A DNA stretch of 64,000 bases from Candidatus Latescibacterota bacterium (GCA_965226795.1 CBDDDZ010000005.1:288001-352000); one strand, 5' to 3'. Shown: positions 50,601 to 60,317, counted from the stretch's first letter. The notes: generated by a model not told the origin, from the letters alone. Made by a program: numbers and translations.

Positions 50601-52555
50601 TGCCGGGTGGGGCCACCTTCGCTTCCGGGCATAAGGACGGGACGATTCGGCTGTGGGACGTGGCATCGCGCACCATTACCACGACCCTGGAGGGACATCG
50701 TCGCTATATCGACTCCGTGTCCTTTTCTCCCGATGGGGGTACCCTTGCATCTGCTTCCGCTGACGGTACGGTCAAGTTGTGGGACATCGCGACGGGCACG
50801 TCGACCGTCACCATCCGCGATGCGTCGCAGCCGATTTGTACGGTGTTTTCGCCCGATGGTGCCCGCCTCGCTTCCGGCTGGTGGGATGGGAACGTCACTC
50901 TGTGGGACATTGCGACACGGCGAAATCTCGCCAAGTTCAATGACCATGGGGATAGGGTCCAGGCGGTTTCGTTCTCTCCACTCGGGAAGACTCTGGCCAC
51001 GGCATCTAAAGATGGAACCGTCAAACTCTGGGACCTGGCCACGGGGAACGCCACCACCCTTGCCGGCCATTCGGGACCCGTCTGGGGCATGGCGTTTTCA
51101 CCGGACGGCGCAGTTCTGGCTTCCCGTTTCAGTACATTTATGGGAAGGTTGCTAATTTGGGACGCGGCAAAAGGTCGGATGATCGCCGCCCTTGGAGAGC
51201 AACGATGCTCCCCTAACAGTTCGATTTCCATTTCTCCCGATGGGACGCTCGTGGCTACGGCATCGCAGGACAGGACGGTCACAATATGGGACCTGGAAGA
51301 CCTAAGCACAGTCGCCACGTTACCGCACGCATCTAACGTCACGTCGGTATCCTTTTCACCCAACGGGACTACCCTTGCGTCGGGTGATACCGAAAGAACG
51401 GTGTACCTCTGGGAAACGAAGACCGGAACGAAGCTCAACTCAATGACCGGCCTCAATCATCACGTTACAAGTCTGCTCTTCTCCGGCAATGGGGCCTCTC
51501 TCGCCGCGGGAACGTACGGCGGAGACATCAGGCTGTGGGACATAGCGACGGGCGTCACCATCCGCGACCTCAAAGGACACTCGGGCCGGGTTCTCTCCAT
51601 GGCTTTTTTACAGGACGGGGCAACCATGGCCACCGGTTCGTATTCCGGATCGGTAAAGCTATGGGACATTGCGACGGGCTCAACCACCACGACGTTCGAG
51701 GGAAAGTCAAATCAATGCGTGGCATTTTCCCCCGACGGGACGATGTTCGCCACATCGCAGAATAAATCGGTGAAGCTGTACGACATGTCCACGGGCGACA
51801 CTATCGCTTCCTTTGAAGGACACGACAATTTCGTCACTAGCGTCTCATTTGCGCCCGACGGACGAACGCTCGCGTCAGGATCTTATGATGGCACGATGCT
51901 ACTGTGGGACCTGCGACGCCCGCATTCCGTCCCCCATGTTGTGAAGGGGGTCTCGGGCATTGAGCAGAAAGCCCCGGCAGGGACGGTGTTGGCCCAGCCG
52001 TTTGTGGTCACGGTGCGGGATGAGAATGGGAAACCTTACGGGGGTGTCGCTGTCACCTTTGTCGTTACTGCCGGCGGCGGCACGCTTTCGGTAACCACCG
52101 ACACGACCGATGCCGACGGAAACGCCGCCACGACCCTGACATTGGGAACCCAGCCGGGGACAAACACCGTTGTCGCACGGGTCGCCGATCTCAAGCCGGT
52201 CGCCTTTACCGCCATCGGACAGGCCGTCCCCCATGTTGTGAAGGGGGTCTCGGGCATTGAGCAGAAAGCCCCGGCAGGGACGGTGTTGGCCCAGCCGTTT
52301 GTGGTCACGGTGCGGGATGAGAATGGGAAACCTTACGGGGGTGTCGCTGTCACCTTTGTCGTTACTGCCGGCGGCGGCACGCTTTCGGTAACCACCGACA
52401 CGACCGATGCCGACGGAAACGCCGCCACGACCCTGACATTGGGAACCCAGCCGGGGACAAACACCGTTGTCGCACGGGTCGCTGATCTCAAGCAGGTGGC
52501 CTTTACCGCCATCGGACAGGCCGTCCCCCATGTTGTGAAGGGGGTCTCGCATTGA
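47669..52555 (+). CDS. Metzincin protease-WD40-Ig-WD40-tandem Ig protein (array gene 5). True 3' end probably 52894
   Basis: GGGAGG RBS, AHELGHGFGLHH, same architecture as gene 4. The ORF stops at a frameshift in the third Ig repeat. Confidence 0.85.
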   Translation: MRRSICGLTSPYGMGALFIVTIGFILYSLLGVDAFAQNADEYPPFCEPIDFSQEQPEGSDAAVKRAFNLNTGDPRTVRVIYFVPNDRTFSSTVEDSIKRAVRQVRTFFADQMKAYGFGLDDINIETGDDGEPLIHRVTGQHPNDHYADNMHSAVFSEIRQNYDTRANIYVAFIDNSRRFTPRGGRNGKTGGEASMRVDFDWQTVAHELGHGFGLHHDFRNDAYVMSYSDEPDSLSALAAEFLSVHPYFNPGITTEWTGSPAVELVSSARFQPNAEDITVQFKVADTDGLHQLILFATTPLINWGGGFPEVKAWRGMAKEASAVVNFEYERDAVGMIQNPDLEKIHVNAVDTDGNVRQISFNLVSISPYAHATFKGHANGVVSVSFSPDAKIVASGSYDKTVRLWDVATGTTVSTLNHTRNVTSVSFSPDGSTLASGSSAGNVYLWAVATGQHIATLEGHAEEVLSVTYSPDGSTLASLSSDGNVRLWEVGTGKTIATLVGPPIGVASVFFSPEVLFTPDGKILASWSGDNTLRLWDVATGASLATLTHTHLVSSMSFSADGTTLASGSSDGNVRLWAVATGEHIHTLEGHSAAVASVLFSPDGTTLASGSSDNTVRLWRVDTGKAVALLAGHAQGVSSVLFSPDGTILASTSRDNTVNLWDVSTGASLATLRHAHFAPSMSFSPDGRLLATSDNKTVELWDLSAWNLPRAQTVTIISGDNQEGATGAALANPLIVEVRDQFGDPIAGAQVTFTVIAGDGSLNTGFTTQNATTGPDGRVQVLLTLGPNPGPNAVRASIAELEVETFNAVGLGSTVIDDNALDFPKLHLPRGASLRLGKGAIGESQRAVAFSPDGRIVAVASGIGVWLYTVEAPESLTLLPSGVVHSVSFSPDGNTLVSSGGSGIEGEVRLWDLATETHTRIPMQEGNFANLLLSPDGKTLAYHGGYATLKLRDVTSGAGAWTLGTYEALKTDPTCLTFLPGGATFASGHKDGTIRLWDVASRTITTTLEGHRRYIDSVSFSPDGGTLASASADGTVKLWDIATGTSTVTIRDASQPICTVFSPDGARLASGWWDGNVTLWDIATRRNLAKFNDHGDRVQAVSFSPLGKTLATASKDGTVKLWDLATGNATTLAGHSGPVWGMAFSPDGAVLASRFSTFMGRLLIWDAAKGRMIAALGEQRCSPNSSISISPDGTLVATASQDRTVTIWDLEDLSTVATLPHASNVTSVSFSPNGTTLASGDTERTVYLWETKTGTKLNSMTGLNHHVTSLLFSGNGASLAAGTYGGDIRLWDIATGVTIRDLKGHSGRVLSMAFLQDGATMATGSYSGSVKLWDIATGSTTTTFEGKSNQCVAFSPDGTMFATSQNKSVKLYDMSTGDTIASFEGHDNFVTSVSFAPDGRTLASGSYDGTMLLWDLRRPHSVPHVVKGVSGIEQKAPAGTVLAQPFVVTVRDENGKPYGGVAVTFVVTAGGGTLSVTTDTTDADGNAATTLTLGTQPGTNTVVARVADLKPVAFTAIGQAVPHVVKGVSGIEQKAPAGTVLAQPFVVTVRDENGKPYGGVAVTFVVTAGGGTLSVTTDTTDADGNAATTLTLGTQPGTNTVVARVADLKQVAFTAIGQAVPHVVKGVSH

Positions 52556-52720
52556 GCAGAAAGCCCCGGCAGGGACGGTGTTGGCCCAGCCGTTTGTGCG
52601 TCACGGTGCGGGATGAGAATGGGGCTTTGGCGTCACGGTGCGGGATGAGAATGGGGAACCTTACGCCGGCGCCGTTGTCACCTTCGTGGTTACCGCCGGC
52701 GGCGGTAACCTTTCCGTAAC
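51929..52720 (+). repeat. 297-bp intragenic tandem repeat (Ig-like domain), two complete copies and a degenerate third
   Basis: GTCCCCCATGTTGTGAAGGGGGTCTC at 51929, 52226 and 52523. Confidence 0.9.
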
Positions 52721-52894
52721 CACCGACATTTTCAGGTGGCCTTTACTATTCGCGGAGATTGGCTTTGGCGGTTCGGACTGAGCCAGGACGACGAAGGATA
52801 TGAAGCTCGGTACGATCTGGACGCCAACGGCGCCATCGGATTTTCGGACTTCCTGATATTTGCGAGTAAATTCGGGAAGACCATGGGGAGTTAG
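52556..52894 (+). pseudogene. Scrambled 3' remnant of array gene 5 (Ig fragment and dockerin-like tail)
   Basis: FGLSQDDEGYEARYDLDANGAIGFSDFLIFASKFGKTMGS* ends at TAG 52892-52894, preceded by indels and a local duplication. Confidence 0.75.
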
Positions 52895-53005
52895 GCTATT
52901 TTGAAGTTGGATATTACGATTTTCGTGGAGGCGTGTTTCGGAATGTTCCGGAAAGTCTCTGCCGGATCTCGTTGTTGATTGAAAATGTCGCCCCGCACGC
53001 CTCGC

Positions 53006-53995
53006 TCAAGCGCAAACCGGGTCGTCCACCTTCCAGCGATTGTACGTAGGATCCTCACTCCGGGCCAGTCTGCTTCTCGCCTCGTGCCACAACCTCGCCC
53101 ACGCTTCCGGATCGTGCAACTCGTTTTGCGGATTTGAGCGGCTGCGCGCGACGAACCCCGGAAATGATCCCCGACCCGTCGGCTGGCCGATGGGGTTATA
53201 CCGCAGGTCGAAACTCCATCGAATATTTTCGCTCCGGTTCGGAAGCGAGGAATGGCAGTTCAGCCGGTGGAAGAACAACGCGTCGCCGCGTTTCATCGGC
53301 AGCGGCACACCATCTCCTTGGCGCAGAAGCCAATCTGGAACGTGAAGCCCGAATCCTCGCGACATCGCCCCGCTCGTGTGGCAGTGATGTAGCAGTCCCT
53401 CTCGATGGCTTCCGGGTATGACCTCCAGACAGCCGTTCTCGATTGTGGCATCCCAGAGGCCGAACCACACGGTCAGCATATTCGTTTCATCGGCTTCCGG
53501 CCTCACAACGCCCGTATCCTGGTGCCACGGCGTGGCGCCAAGCTGGGCGTGCCCCGTTGTTTCGTTGACCGGGCACAGGTGCTCCGGCGGTTTAAGGCGG
53601 ACGTGCTGCACGGGGTTGGAATAAATCTCGGGCCCGATCAGGGATTCCACGGCGTCCAGTAGCTTCTCGTTACGCAAAAGCCGGAAAACCGCCGGCCCCA
53701 CCCACATCGGCGTGTCCGCCCGAACGTTCTTCTGCGGCAGCGAAAAGTCGAAATACTGGGCGTGAACCTTACCGGACTCCGCGTAAATCCGCGTCAGCCG
53801 ATCGCTGAACGGGAGGTCTCCATACGTTGAGGAGATCTCCCCGCTTTCGTACAGTTCATCGGCAAGCCGATCCAGAACGCCGGCGTACTCCTCGATCACC
53901 GGATCGAGATCCTGCTCGGGGTCGAAAAGACCTTCCACCACCAGGTACCCCTGTTCCTCGATTCGCGCCAACTGTTCCTCGGTCAGATGTGCCAT
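53006..53995 (-). CDS. Phytanoyl-CoA dioxygenase (PhyH) family protein
   Basis: EQGYLVV, TPWHQD (HxD), ENGCLEVIPGSH, distal His in NCHSS, IRWSFDLRY. Confidence 0.92.
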   Translation of the reverse strand: MAHLTEEQLARIEEQGYLVVEGLFDPEQDLDPVIEEYAGVLDRLADELYESGEISSTYGDLPFSDRLTRIYAESGKVHAQYFDFSLPQKNVRADTPMWVGPAVFRLLRNEKLLDAVESLIGPEIYSNPVQHVRLKPPEHLCPVNETTGHAQLGATPWHQDTGVVRPEADETNMLTVWFGLWDATIENGCLEVIPGSHREGLLHHCHTSGAMSRGFGLHVPDWLLRQGDGVPLPMKRGDALFFHRLNCHSSLPNRSENIRWSFDLRYNPIGQPTGRGSFPGFVARSRSNPQNELHDPEAWARLWHEARSRLARSEDPTYNRWKVDDPVCA

Positions 53996-54076
53996 TTGTC
54001 CAGATTCCTTATTATAGCGTCCAGTGTCGAGGGTGCACCGTGCCGTGACTTGTGCGTTAGCTCTGCTCGCGTTCGT

Positions 54077-54385
54077 TCATCCAACATGGATCAAGTCCGA
54101 TTCGCTTTCAAGGAATGACGCCAGGTCGGTATCTGCATCCAGGTCGATAAGGTCCGCGGACCGCGTGAGTTCCAGGAGCAATTTGCCCTGGAGCTTGTAA
54201 AACATGTTTGCCGGGCAACCCTTGACAGCGAAGTCGATATCCGATCGCGAGGAATTGCTCCCTTCTGCAACAGAGCCGAAAAGGTAGACGGCTTTACATC
54301 CTCCAGCTTTCAATATGTTTATTCCCCGATCCACGTCTTTCCGCATCACGTCTGATACACCTTCAATATCTGCACTTGTTGCCAT
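54077..54385 (-). CDS. Minimal nucleotidyltransferase (MNT antitoxin-like)
   Basis: VYLFGSVAEG..SDIDFAV (GS..DxD) and ADLIDL. Confidence 0.85.
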   Translation of the reverse strand: MATSADIEGVSDVMRKDVDRGINILKAGGCKAVYLFGSVAEGSNSSRSDIDFAVKGCPANMFYKLQGKLLLELTRSADLIDLDADTDLASFLESESDLIHVG

Positions 54386-54593
54386 CTTTCGTTCCTTTTC
54401 TTGACCATTCGTCGCTCGATCTCTCTACGGGCGTGATTTCACATCCGAGACGACCCACGAAGATACGCTCGCGTCTGGCTGATAATTTATCACGTTTGCC
54501 TTAACGTCGCAATATAAATGGGACGAGAAAGGGAACCGGCATCTCCAGTGGCGGGTCCTCTGTCCTTTGTACACACTAACGAAATCACCCGAT

Positions 54594-54749
54594 GTAGGGG
54601 CAACCCTTGTGGTTGCCCGCTGTGTACCAGAAATCCTGCGTCCGCACTGCTGCACCTGTTGCCTCATGACCGACGACCGTCGCATTTTGCGATACTGCTA
54701 TTGACGGCGGTCATATGCGTTTTTTGTAGAGGCGGTTCACGGACCGCCC
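54594..54749 (+). repeat. Two GTAG-family REPs
   Basis: GTAGGGGCAACCCTTGTGGTTGCCC (54594-54618) and GTAGAGGCGGTTCACGGACCGCCC (54726-54749). Confidence 0.7.
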
Positions 54750-54772
54750 GCGCGGGGTGGCGGATGAAGTGT

Positions 54773-55159
54773 CTAACCATCGTGACCTCGGTACGCCGGT
54801 GTAACCGGGTAGTCCTCAGGCTTACCCGTGTCCCCGTGTTGAACAACAAAGTCCCTTCGGTCCCGGTAAAGCCGGGCGCGGTTAATCACGTAATCGACAC
54901 CGGGCTCTATGGCGTCCCATTGGGTCATCAGCCAGTATTTGTACTCGCCGATAAAGAGGTATGTGTTTTTCGTACCGAAAAAGCGGCAAGCCACACCCTC
55001 TCCGGCACGGAACCGCTCGCAGATTGCCTTGAGGAGTTCCCCTTGTCCGTCTTTTTCGGACATCACGTACTCGTGGGGCCACGTCTCCCGGTAGGTAACC
55101 GCCTTCCGCCAGGGCGCGCGGTCGATAAGCTCCATAATTATTGGCGCCATGCTTCCCAA
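54773..55159 (-). CDS. Conserved-looking hypothetical protein
   Basis: Aromatic-rich, protein-like composition (W..A.TY...PHEY, YKYW.M, INRA). Start uncertain. Confidence 0.6.
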   Translation of the reverse strand: MGSMAPIIMELIDRAPWRKAVTYRETWPHEYVMSEKDGQGELLKAICERFRAGEGVACRFFGTKNTYLFIGEYKYWLMTQWDAIEPGVDYVINRARLYRDRRDFVVQHGDTGKPEDYPVTPAYRGHDG

Positions 55160-55291
55160 CCCTGAGTCGATAGGCGAAACGTTAACCTGATTAATCCAGA
55201 GACTGTCACGGTTAGCTGCTTTATTCGCCGATCAATAAACGCCACCACCGCATTATGTTTTTCGAGCCGTCCAGGAAGCGTATGTGAAGAT

Positions 55292-55594
55292 GGGGCGGAC
55301 ATTCCTGTCTGCCCTGCTCATTGTCCTTCTCCGGAGATGCAGACAGAAGAAAGGCTTGCGCCGCTTTAATTGAGCCAATGTTCGTGCTGGTGCTTTTACC
55401 ACAGCCTGAAGGCTTCCCGGCAAGCGCTGTGTCTGTCTTGATGGATCGCGTCAACGAGGCGAAACGTGATTCAAAAGATAACTTACTTTCCTTTTCCAGC
55501 GGGAGAGACGGCGGCGAGTTGTGGTGTGACCGGACACAGGATTCCGACGTTTTCGGTTTGATGTATGCGAGCAGACAGGAATGTCCGCTCCACC
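55292..55594. repeat. Inverted REP-like doublet (GGGGCGGACATTCCTGTCTGCCC family)
   Basis: 55292-55314 and an inverted copy at 55569-55594. Confidence 0.7.
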
Positions 55595-55702
55595 ATACAA
55601 GGCTCTGATTCTACGTATCGCCGGAGCACGGGCATCTCGCCGGACGGCCAACACGCGCTCACCTCGCTATCACTCCCCCGAGCCTTGAGCCTGGGGGAGC
55701 CT

Positions 55703-55748
55703 GTCGCAGAAGCCGAGCCGGCAGGCGACGGCTGATGCGGTGGGGGGA
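55703..55748 (+). repeat. Dispersed repeat shared with 30752-30797
   Basis: Direct sequence match, lying just past the hsdR stop codon. Confidence 0.7.
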
Positions 55749-55759
55749 TATCAACGCCT

Positions 55760-58700
55760 TCACCCAACCGCCCACCCCTCCGACAGGACCTCCGCCTGTT
55801 CGATCACCGTCTGCGTGGCCTTTTCCTGCTTATCAGGCGGGTAACCGTGCCGGCGCAGGATGCGGCGCACCAGCACCCTGAGGTGGGCGCGAACGTTCTC
55901 CCGCAGCGTCCAATCGATGGTCACGTTGTTTCGGACAGTCTCCACAAGCTGCTGGGCAATGGCACGCAGCGCCTCGTCGCCGAGCACCTGTACCGCGCTG
56001 TCGTTCGTCTCCAGCGCGTCGTAGAACGCCAACTCGTCCTCCGACAATCCCAACCGCTCGCCCCGTTCGTTGGCCTCCCGCATTTCTTTCGCCAGTTCGA
56101 TCAATTCCTCAATCACCTGCGCCGCCTCTATCGCGCGGTTCTGGTAACGGCGCAGGGTCTGATCCAGCATTTCGGCAAAGGACCGGGCTTGCACGACGTT
56201 TTTGCGCCGCCGGGTGGAAACCTCGCCCCTGAGGAGTTTCTGCAGGAGTTCGACCGCGAGGTTGCGGTGCGGCATCCCGCGCACTTCGGCAAGAAATTCG
56301 TCCGACAACACCGAGAGGTCCGGCTTGTCCAGGCCCGCGGCTGCGAAGATGTCCATCACACCCTCGGAAGCCACGGCGCGTGAGACGATCTGTCGTACAG
56401 CCAGATCCAACTCCTCCTCGGTACGTCTCTCGCCTGCCGCCCGTTTGGACAGGGCCGCCGCCACCGCCTGGAAGAATGCCACGTCGTCGCGGATACGTCG
56501 GGTTTCCTGATGCGGAACGGCCAGTGCGAAGGCCTGCGACAGCGCCCGCACCGCGTTCAGCCAGCGTTCCTTGCCGTCCTCCTGGGACAGGACGTGTTCC
56601 TGTGCGGCGGGCAGCAGGTTCAAACGCTCCGTAGGGGTGCCGGTGGTCCATGCGGCCCAGTCGAAACCGTGCAACAAGCCGCAGCAAACCTCGTACTTCT
56701 CCAGCATCACCGCCACCGCTTCTTCCTTGTCCAGCGCCGTCTTCCCGGTACCACCGCTTTCGGTATAGGCGGCCAGTGCCTGTCGCAAATCTTGCGACAA
56801 TCCCAGGTAGTCCACCACGAGCCCGCCGGGCTTGTCTTTGTACACCCGGTTCACCCGGGCGATGGCCTGCATCAGGCCGTGCCCGCGCATCGGTTTGTCC
56901 ACGTACATCGTATGCAGGCTGGGCGCGTCGAACCCCGTCAGCCACATGTCCCGAACCAGCACGACCCGCATTGGGTCGCGGGCGTCCCTGAAACGTTTCG
57001 CAAGCTCCTCCCTGCGGGGTTTATTGCGGATGTGCGGCTGCCAATCCGGTGGGTCGGAAGCGGAGCCGGTCATCACCACTTTGATGGTTCCCCTGTCGTC
57101 AGCGTCATCGTGCCAGCCGGGCCGCAGGCGGACCAGTTCGCGGTAGAGGTCGATACAGATGCGACGGCTCATACAGACGATCATCGCCTTGCCATCCAGC
57201 GCCTCCAGCCGCTGCTCGAAATGGTCCACGATATCCTCGGCTATCTGCCCGACTCGCTTCTCCGCGCCGACCACCGCTTCCAACTGCGCCCACTTCGTCT
57301 TGAGCTTCTCCCTGCGCTCCACCTCCTCGCCCTCGGTAGCCTCCTCGAACTCGGGGTCGATGTTCGGCTTTTCGTCCTCGTCCAGGGCCAACTTCGCCAG
57401 GCGGCTCTCGTAATAGATGGGCACCGTGGCCCCGTCCAGAACAGCGCGCTGGATGTCGTAGATGCTGATGTAGTCGCCGAACACGGCCCGGGTATTCGCG
57501 TCCCGAAGTTCGATGGGCGTACCGGTAAAGCCGACGAACGACGCGTTGGGCAGCGCGTCTCGCATGTGAGCGGCGAACCCGTCGATGAAGTCGTACTGGC
57601 TGCGGTGGGCCTCGTCGGCGATCACCACGATGTTGCGCCTATCCGACAACTCAGGGTGCGTATCCCCCGGTCCCCACTTCACGCCCTCTCCCGCTGGGAG
57701 AGGGCAGGGGTGAGGGTGCCGCCGAAGGCGGCATGAATTTTTGGATGGTCGTGAAGATCACGCCGCCGGCATTTACCGATAGCTTGTTCCGCAGGTCCGC
57801 CCGGCTCTCCGCCTGCGCCGGCGGCTGGCGCAGCAGATCCTGGCAGCGGGAGAACGTCCCGTAAAGCTGGTCGTCCAGGTCGTTGCGGTCGGTGAGCACC
57901 ACGACCGTCGGGTTCTCCATCGTCGGCTCGCGGATGATGGCCCCCGTGTAGAACGCCATCGTCAGGCTCTTGCCCGACCCCTGCGTGTGCCAAACCACGC
58001 CGATGCGCCGGTCGCCAGGGTTTCCCGCCGGGTTTTCGCCCCGTCTCGTACCTTCCGCCAGTGTCGACAGTCCTGTCTGGCCGCTCGCTGTCAACTCCGC
58101 CGCTCTCGAAGCGTTTCGTCAACCGCGACTCTCACGGCGTGGAACTGGTGATAACCCGCCATTTTCTTCTCCAGCGCACCGCTACCGTCGTCATCGAAAA
58201 CGATGAATTCGCGAACGAGCGCCAGGAAGCGGGTCCGATTAAACACGCCCTCCAGCATCACCTGAAGCTCGGTCAAGAGCTTATCGGCCACCGTCTCTCC
58301 AGCAACCGTGCGCCAGGGCTTGAACCACTCCTTGCCCGACGTCAACGTGCCGATACGTGCCTGGATCCCGTCCGAGACCATCAGCGCTTCGTTCATGGAG
58401 AACAGGCTCGGCAGTTCCGTCTTGTAAGTCTGAAGTTGGTTCCACGCCGTCCAGATTGTGGCGTCCTCGTCCGCCGGGTTCTTCAGTTCGATCACGCCCA
58501 GGGGTAAACCGTTCAAAAACAGAACAATATCCGGCCTGCGGTTGTTCTTGTTCTCCGTGACCGTAAACTGATTCACCGCCAGCCAGTCGTTGCTGTCGGG
58601 TTTATCGAAATCGATGACCCGTACCTGGTCGCCGCGCACGTGTCCCTCTGCGTCCCGATACTCGACTTCGACACCGTTCACGAGCATCCGGTGGAACGCA

Positions 58701-58960
58701 CGGTTTCGGGCTTCCAGGGTCGATCCATCGGGACGGGTCAACTTGCGGCAGGCATCGTCCAGTGTGGACGGGGGTAGGGTGGGGTTCAGTTCGGCGATGG
58801 CGCCGCGAAGCCTGTGCTCAAGGACCACCTGTCGGTAGTCATCGCGCTCCGCGTCAGGCGTCTCCGGCGCAATATCTGGACCGTGCAGGACCTGCCAACC
58901 GAGACCTGAGAGCCAATCAAGGGCTGCCTGTTCAACGTCGGCTTCGGTGAGGGTGGTCAT
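55760..58960 (-). pseudogene. hsdR: Type I restriction endonuclease subunit R, frameshifted into three ORFs (58091-58960, 57651-58094, 55760-57682)
   Basis: [20 protein letters not shown] nuclease motif, [44 protein letters not shown]-terminal GYPPD. Confidence 0.92.
57684..57716. repeat. Palindromic CCCTCTCCC-GCT-GGGAGAGGG-CAGGGGTGAGGG element inside hsdR
   Basis: Perfect 9-bp stem at the second frameshift, between TTIQKFMP and [12 protein letters not shown]. Confidence 0.8.
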
Positions 58961-58964
58961 AGCG

Positions 58965-59315
58965 TCACTCCCGGATGCGAATACGCGAATCTTCGACGAT
59001 CCAGAGCTGTCCCTGAAGAGAAGTGATCAACTCACCAATCAGGGCGCTCCCGATGTCCAGCAAATGATCTCTCGATTGCCTGCTGGGTCGAATAACCACT
59101 ATCCCAGGATACAACTCCGGCGGGTAGGCCCTGATGTCGCTGAAATCCAAGTCCAACGTTACCAGGATTCGGCCTTCATGTCCGCAAACGGCGGCGAGGT
59201 TGGGATCGTCCGTGCCGATCATTTGCTGATCAAACACGTTAATCGCGTCGTGCCCGGCTTCCGCAAAGAGCGCTGCCATCTCCGCAGGCAGATTTTCGTC
59301 GAACTTGAACCGCAT
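58965..59315 (-). CDS. DUF5615-family PIN-like toxin
   Basis: [13 protein letters not shown]....DD......[12 protein letters not shown]. Confidence 0.88.
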   Translation of the reverse strand: MRFKFDENLPAEMAALFAEAGHDAINVFDQQMIGTDDPNLAAVCGHEGRILVTLDLDFSDIRAYPPELYPGIVVIRPSRQSRDHLLDIGSALIGELITSLQGQLWIVEDSRIRIRE

Positions 59316-59322
59316 GGCTTCC

Positions 59323-59692
<370 letters not shown>

Positions 59693-59696
<4 letters not shown>

Positions 59697-59971
59697 TCGT
59701 CTGCTTCGTCGACGAAGGGTATCTTGCGGCTGCTTTCGCGGCGGTCTGGGATTTCAAGGTTCGTACCGCGCGGCGTGTTTTCAACCAGCCAAGGGCCCAG
59801 GGAGATGGACACCTGGCCTTGAGTCTTCCATACGCGCTCGGGTACCACGATAAAGGGCTACCGTGCGCCGATGCGTTGTGGCCCCTCCTCCTCGGCAAGG
59901 CGAAGGATTTCGGATAGCCGGGCCTTCGCCTCGGCCACGGTCCAGACCCGGTGGGATTCGGTGATGTGCAT
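59693..59971 (-). pseudogene. Phd/YefM-family antitoxin with an in-frame TAG
   Basis: AAGGAG RBS. MHITESHRVWTVAEAKARLSEILRLAEEEGPQRIGAR*PFIVVPERVW.., with the stop at 59858-59860. Confidence 0.8.
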
Positions 59972-60056
59972 GTTGGATCTCCTTGGTTATTCTGCGCCAC
60001 TCGCCGCTTCCCTGCCCTATCTCCCATAGTAATGGATACGCGGTTTGCCATAAGCC

Positions 60057-60317
60057 TTAATCCAACGGTGCGATCCTGCCCAGCGGCTCCAAACACTGCG
60101 CACGTACCCAGGCTGCCATCAGTTCGTCCTGGTGAAGGGATGCCCATTCCTCCACAAGCCGGCGGGCACGGGAGGGAAGCCGCCCCTCCACTACGCTGAT
60201 GCTGTTTATCTCTATGACAGCTTCATGTTCGCCGTACAGCGCGTGAAAATGAGGCGGATTGTGGTCGCGAAAATTAAGACGAATGCTGATGCCGTAGAAT
60301 CTACAGAGTTCAGGCAT
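60057..60317 (-). CDS. DUF4160-family protein (putative TA component)
   Basis: MPELCRFYGISI....DHNPPHFHA.YG, G.LP.....LV.EW...H..EL...W. Confidence 0.9.
   Translation of the reverse strand: MPELCRFYGISIRLNFRDHNPPHFHALYGEHEAVIEINSISVVEGRLPSRARRLVEEWASLHQDELMAAWVRAQCLEPLGRIAPLD

Noticed and set aside
35034..52894. Diversity-generating retroelement acting on the WD40 array
   Set aside because: No reverse transcriptase in the window, no non-coding template repeat, and paralog differences do not look adenine-specific.
55221..55454. P-loop protein (GKPSGCGKS) in a 77-aa ORF
   Set aside because: Spacing and preceding strand do not fit a Walker A motif, and the ORF runs through a REP.
59858..59860. 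Pyrrolysine or stop-codon readthrough in the Phd gene
   Set aside because: TAG ends many intact genes here and the partner toxin is truncated, so a nonsense mutation is simpler.
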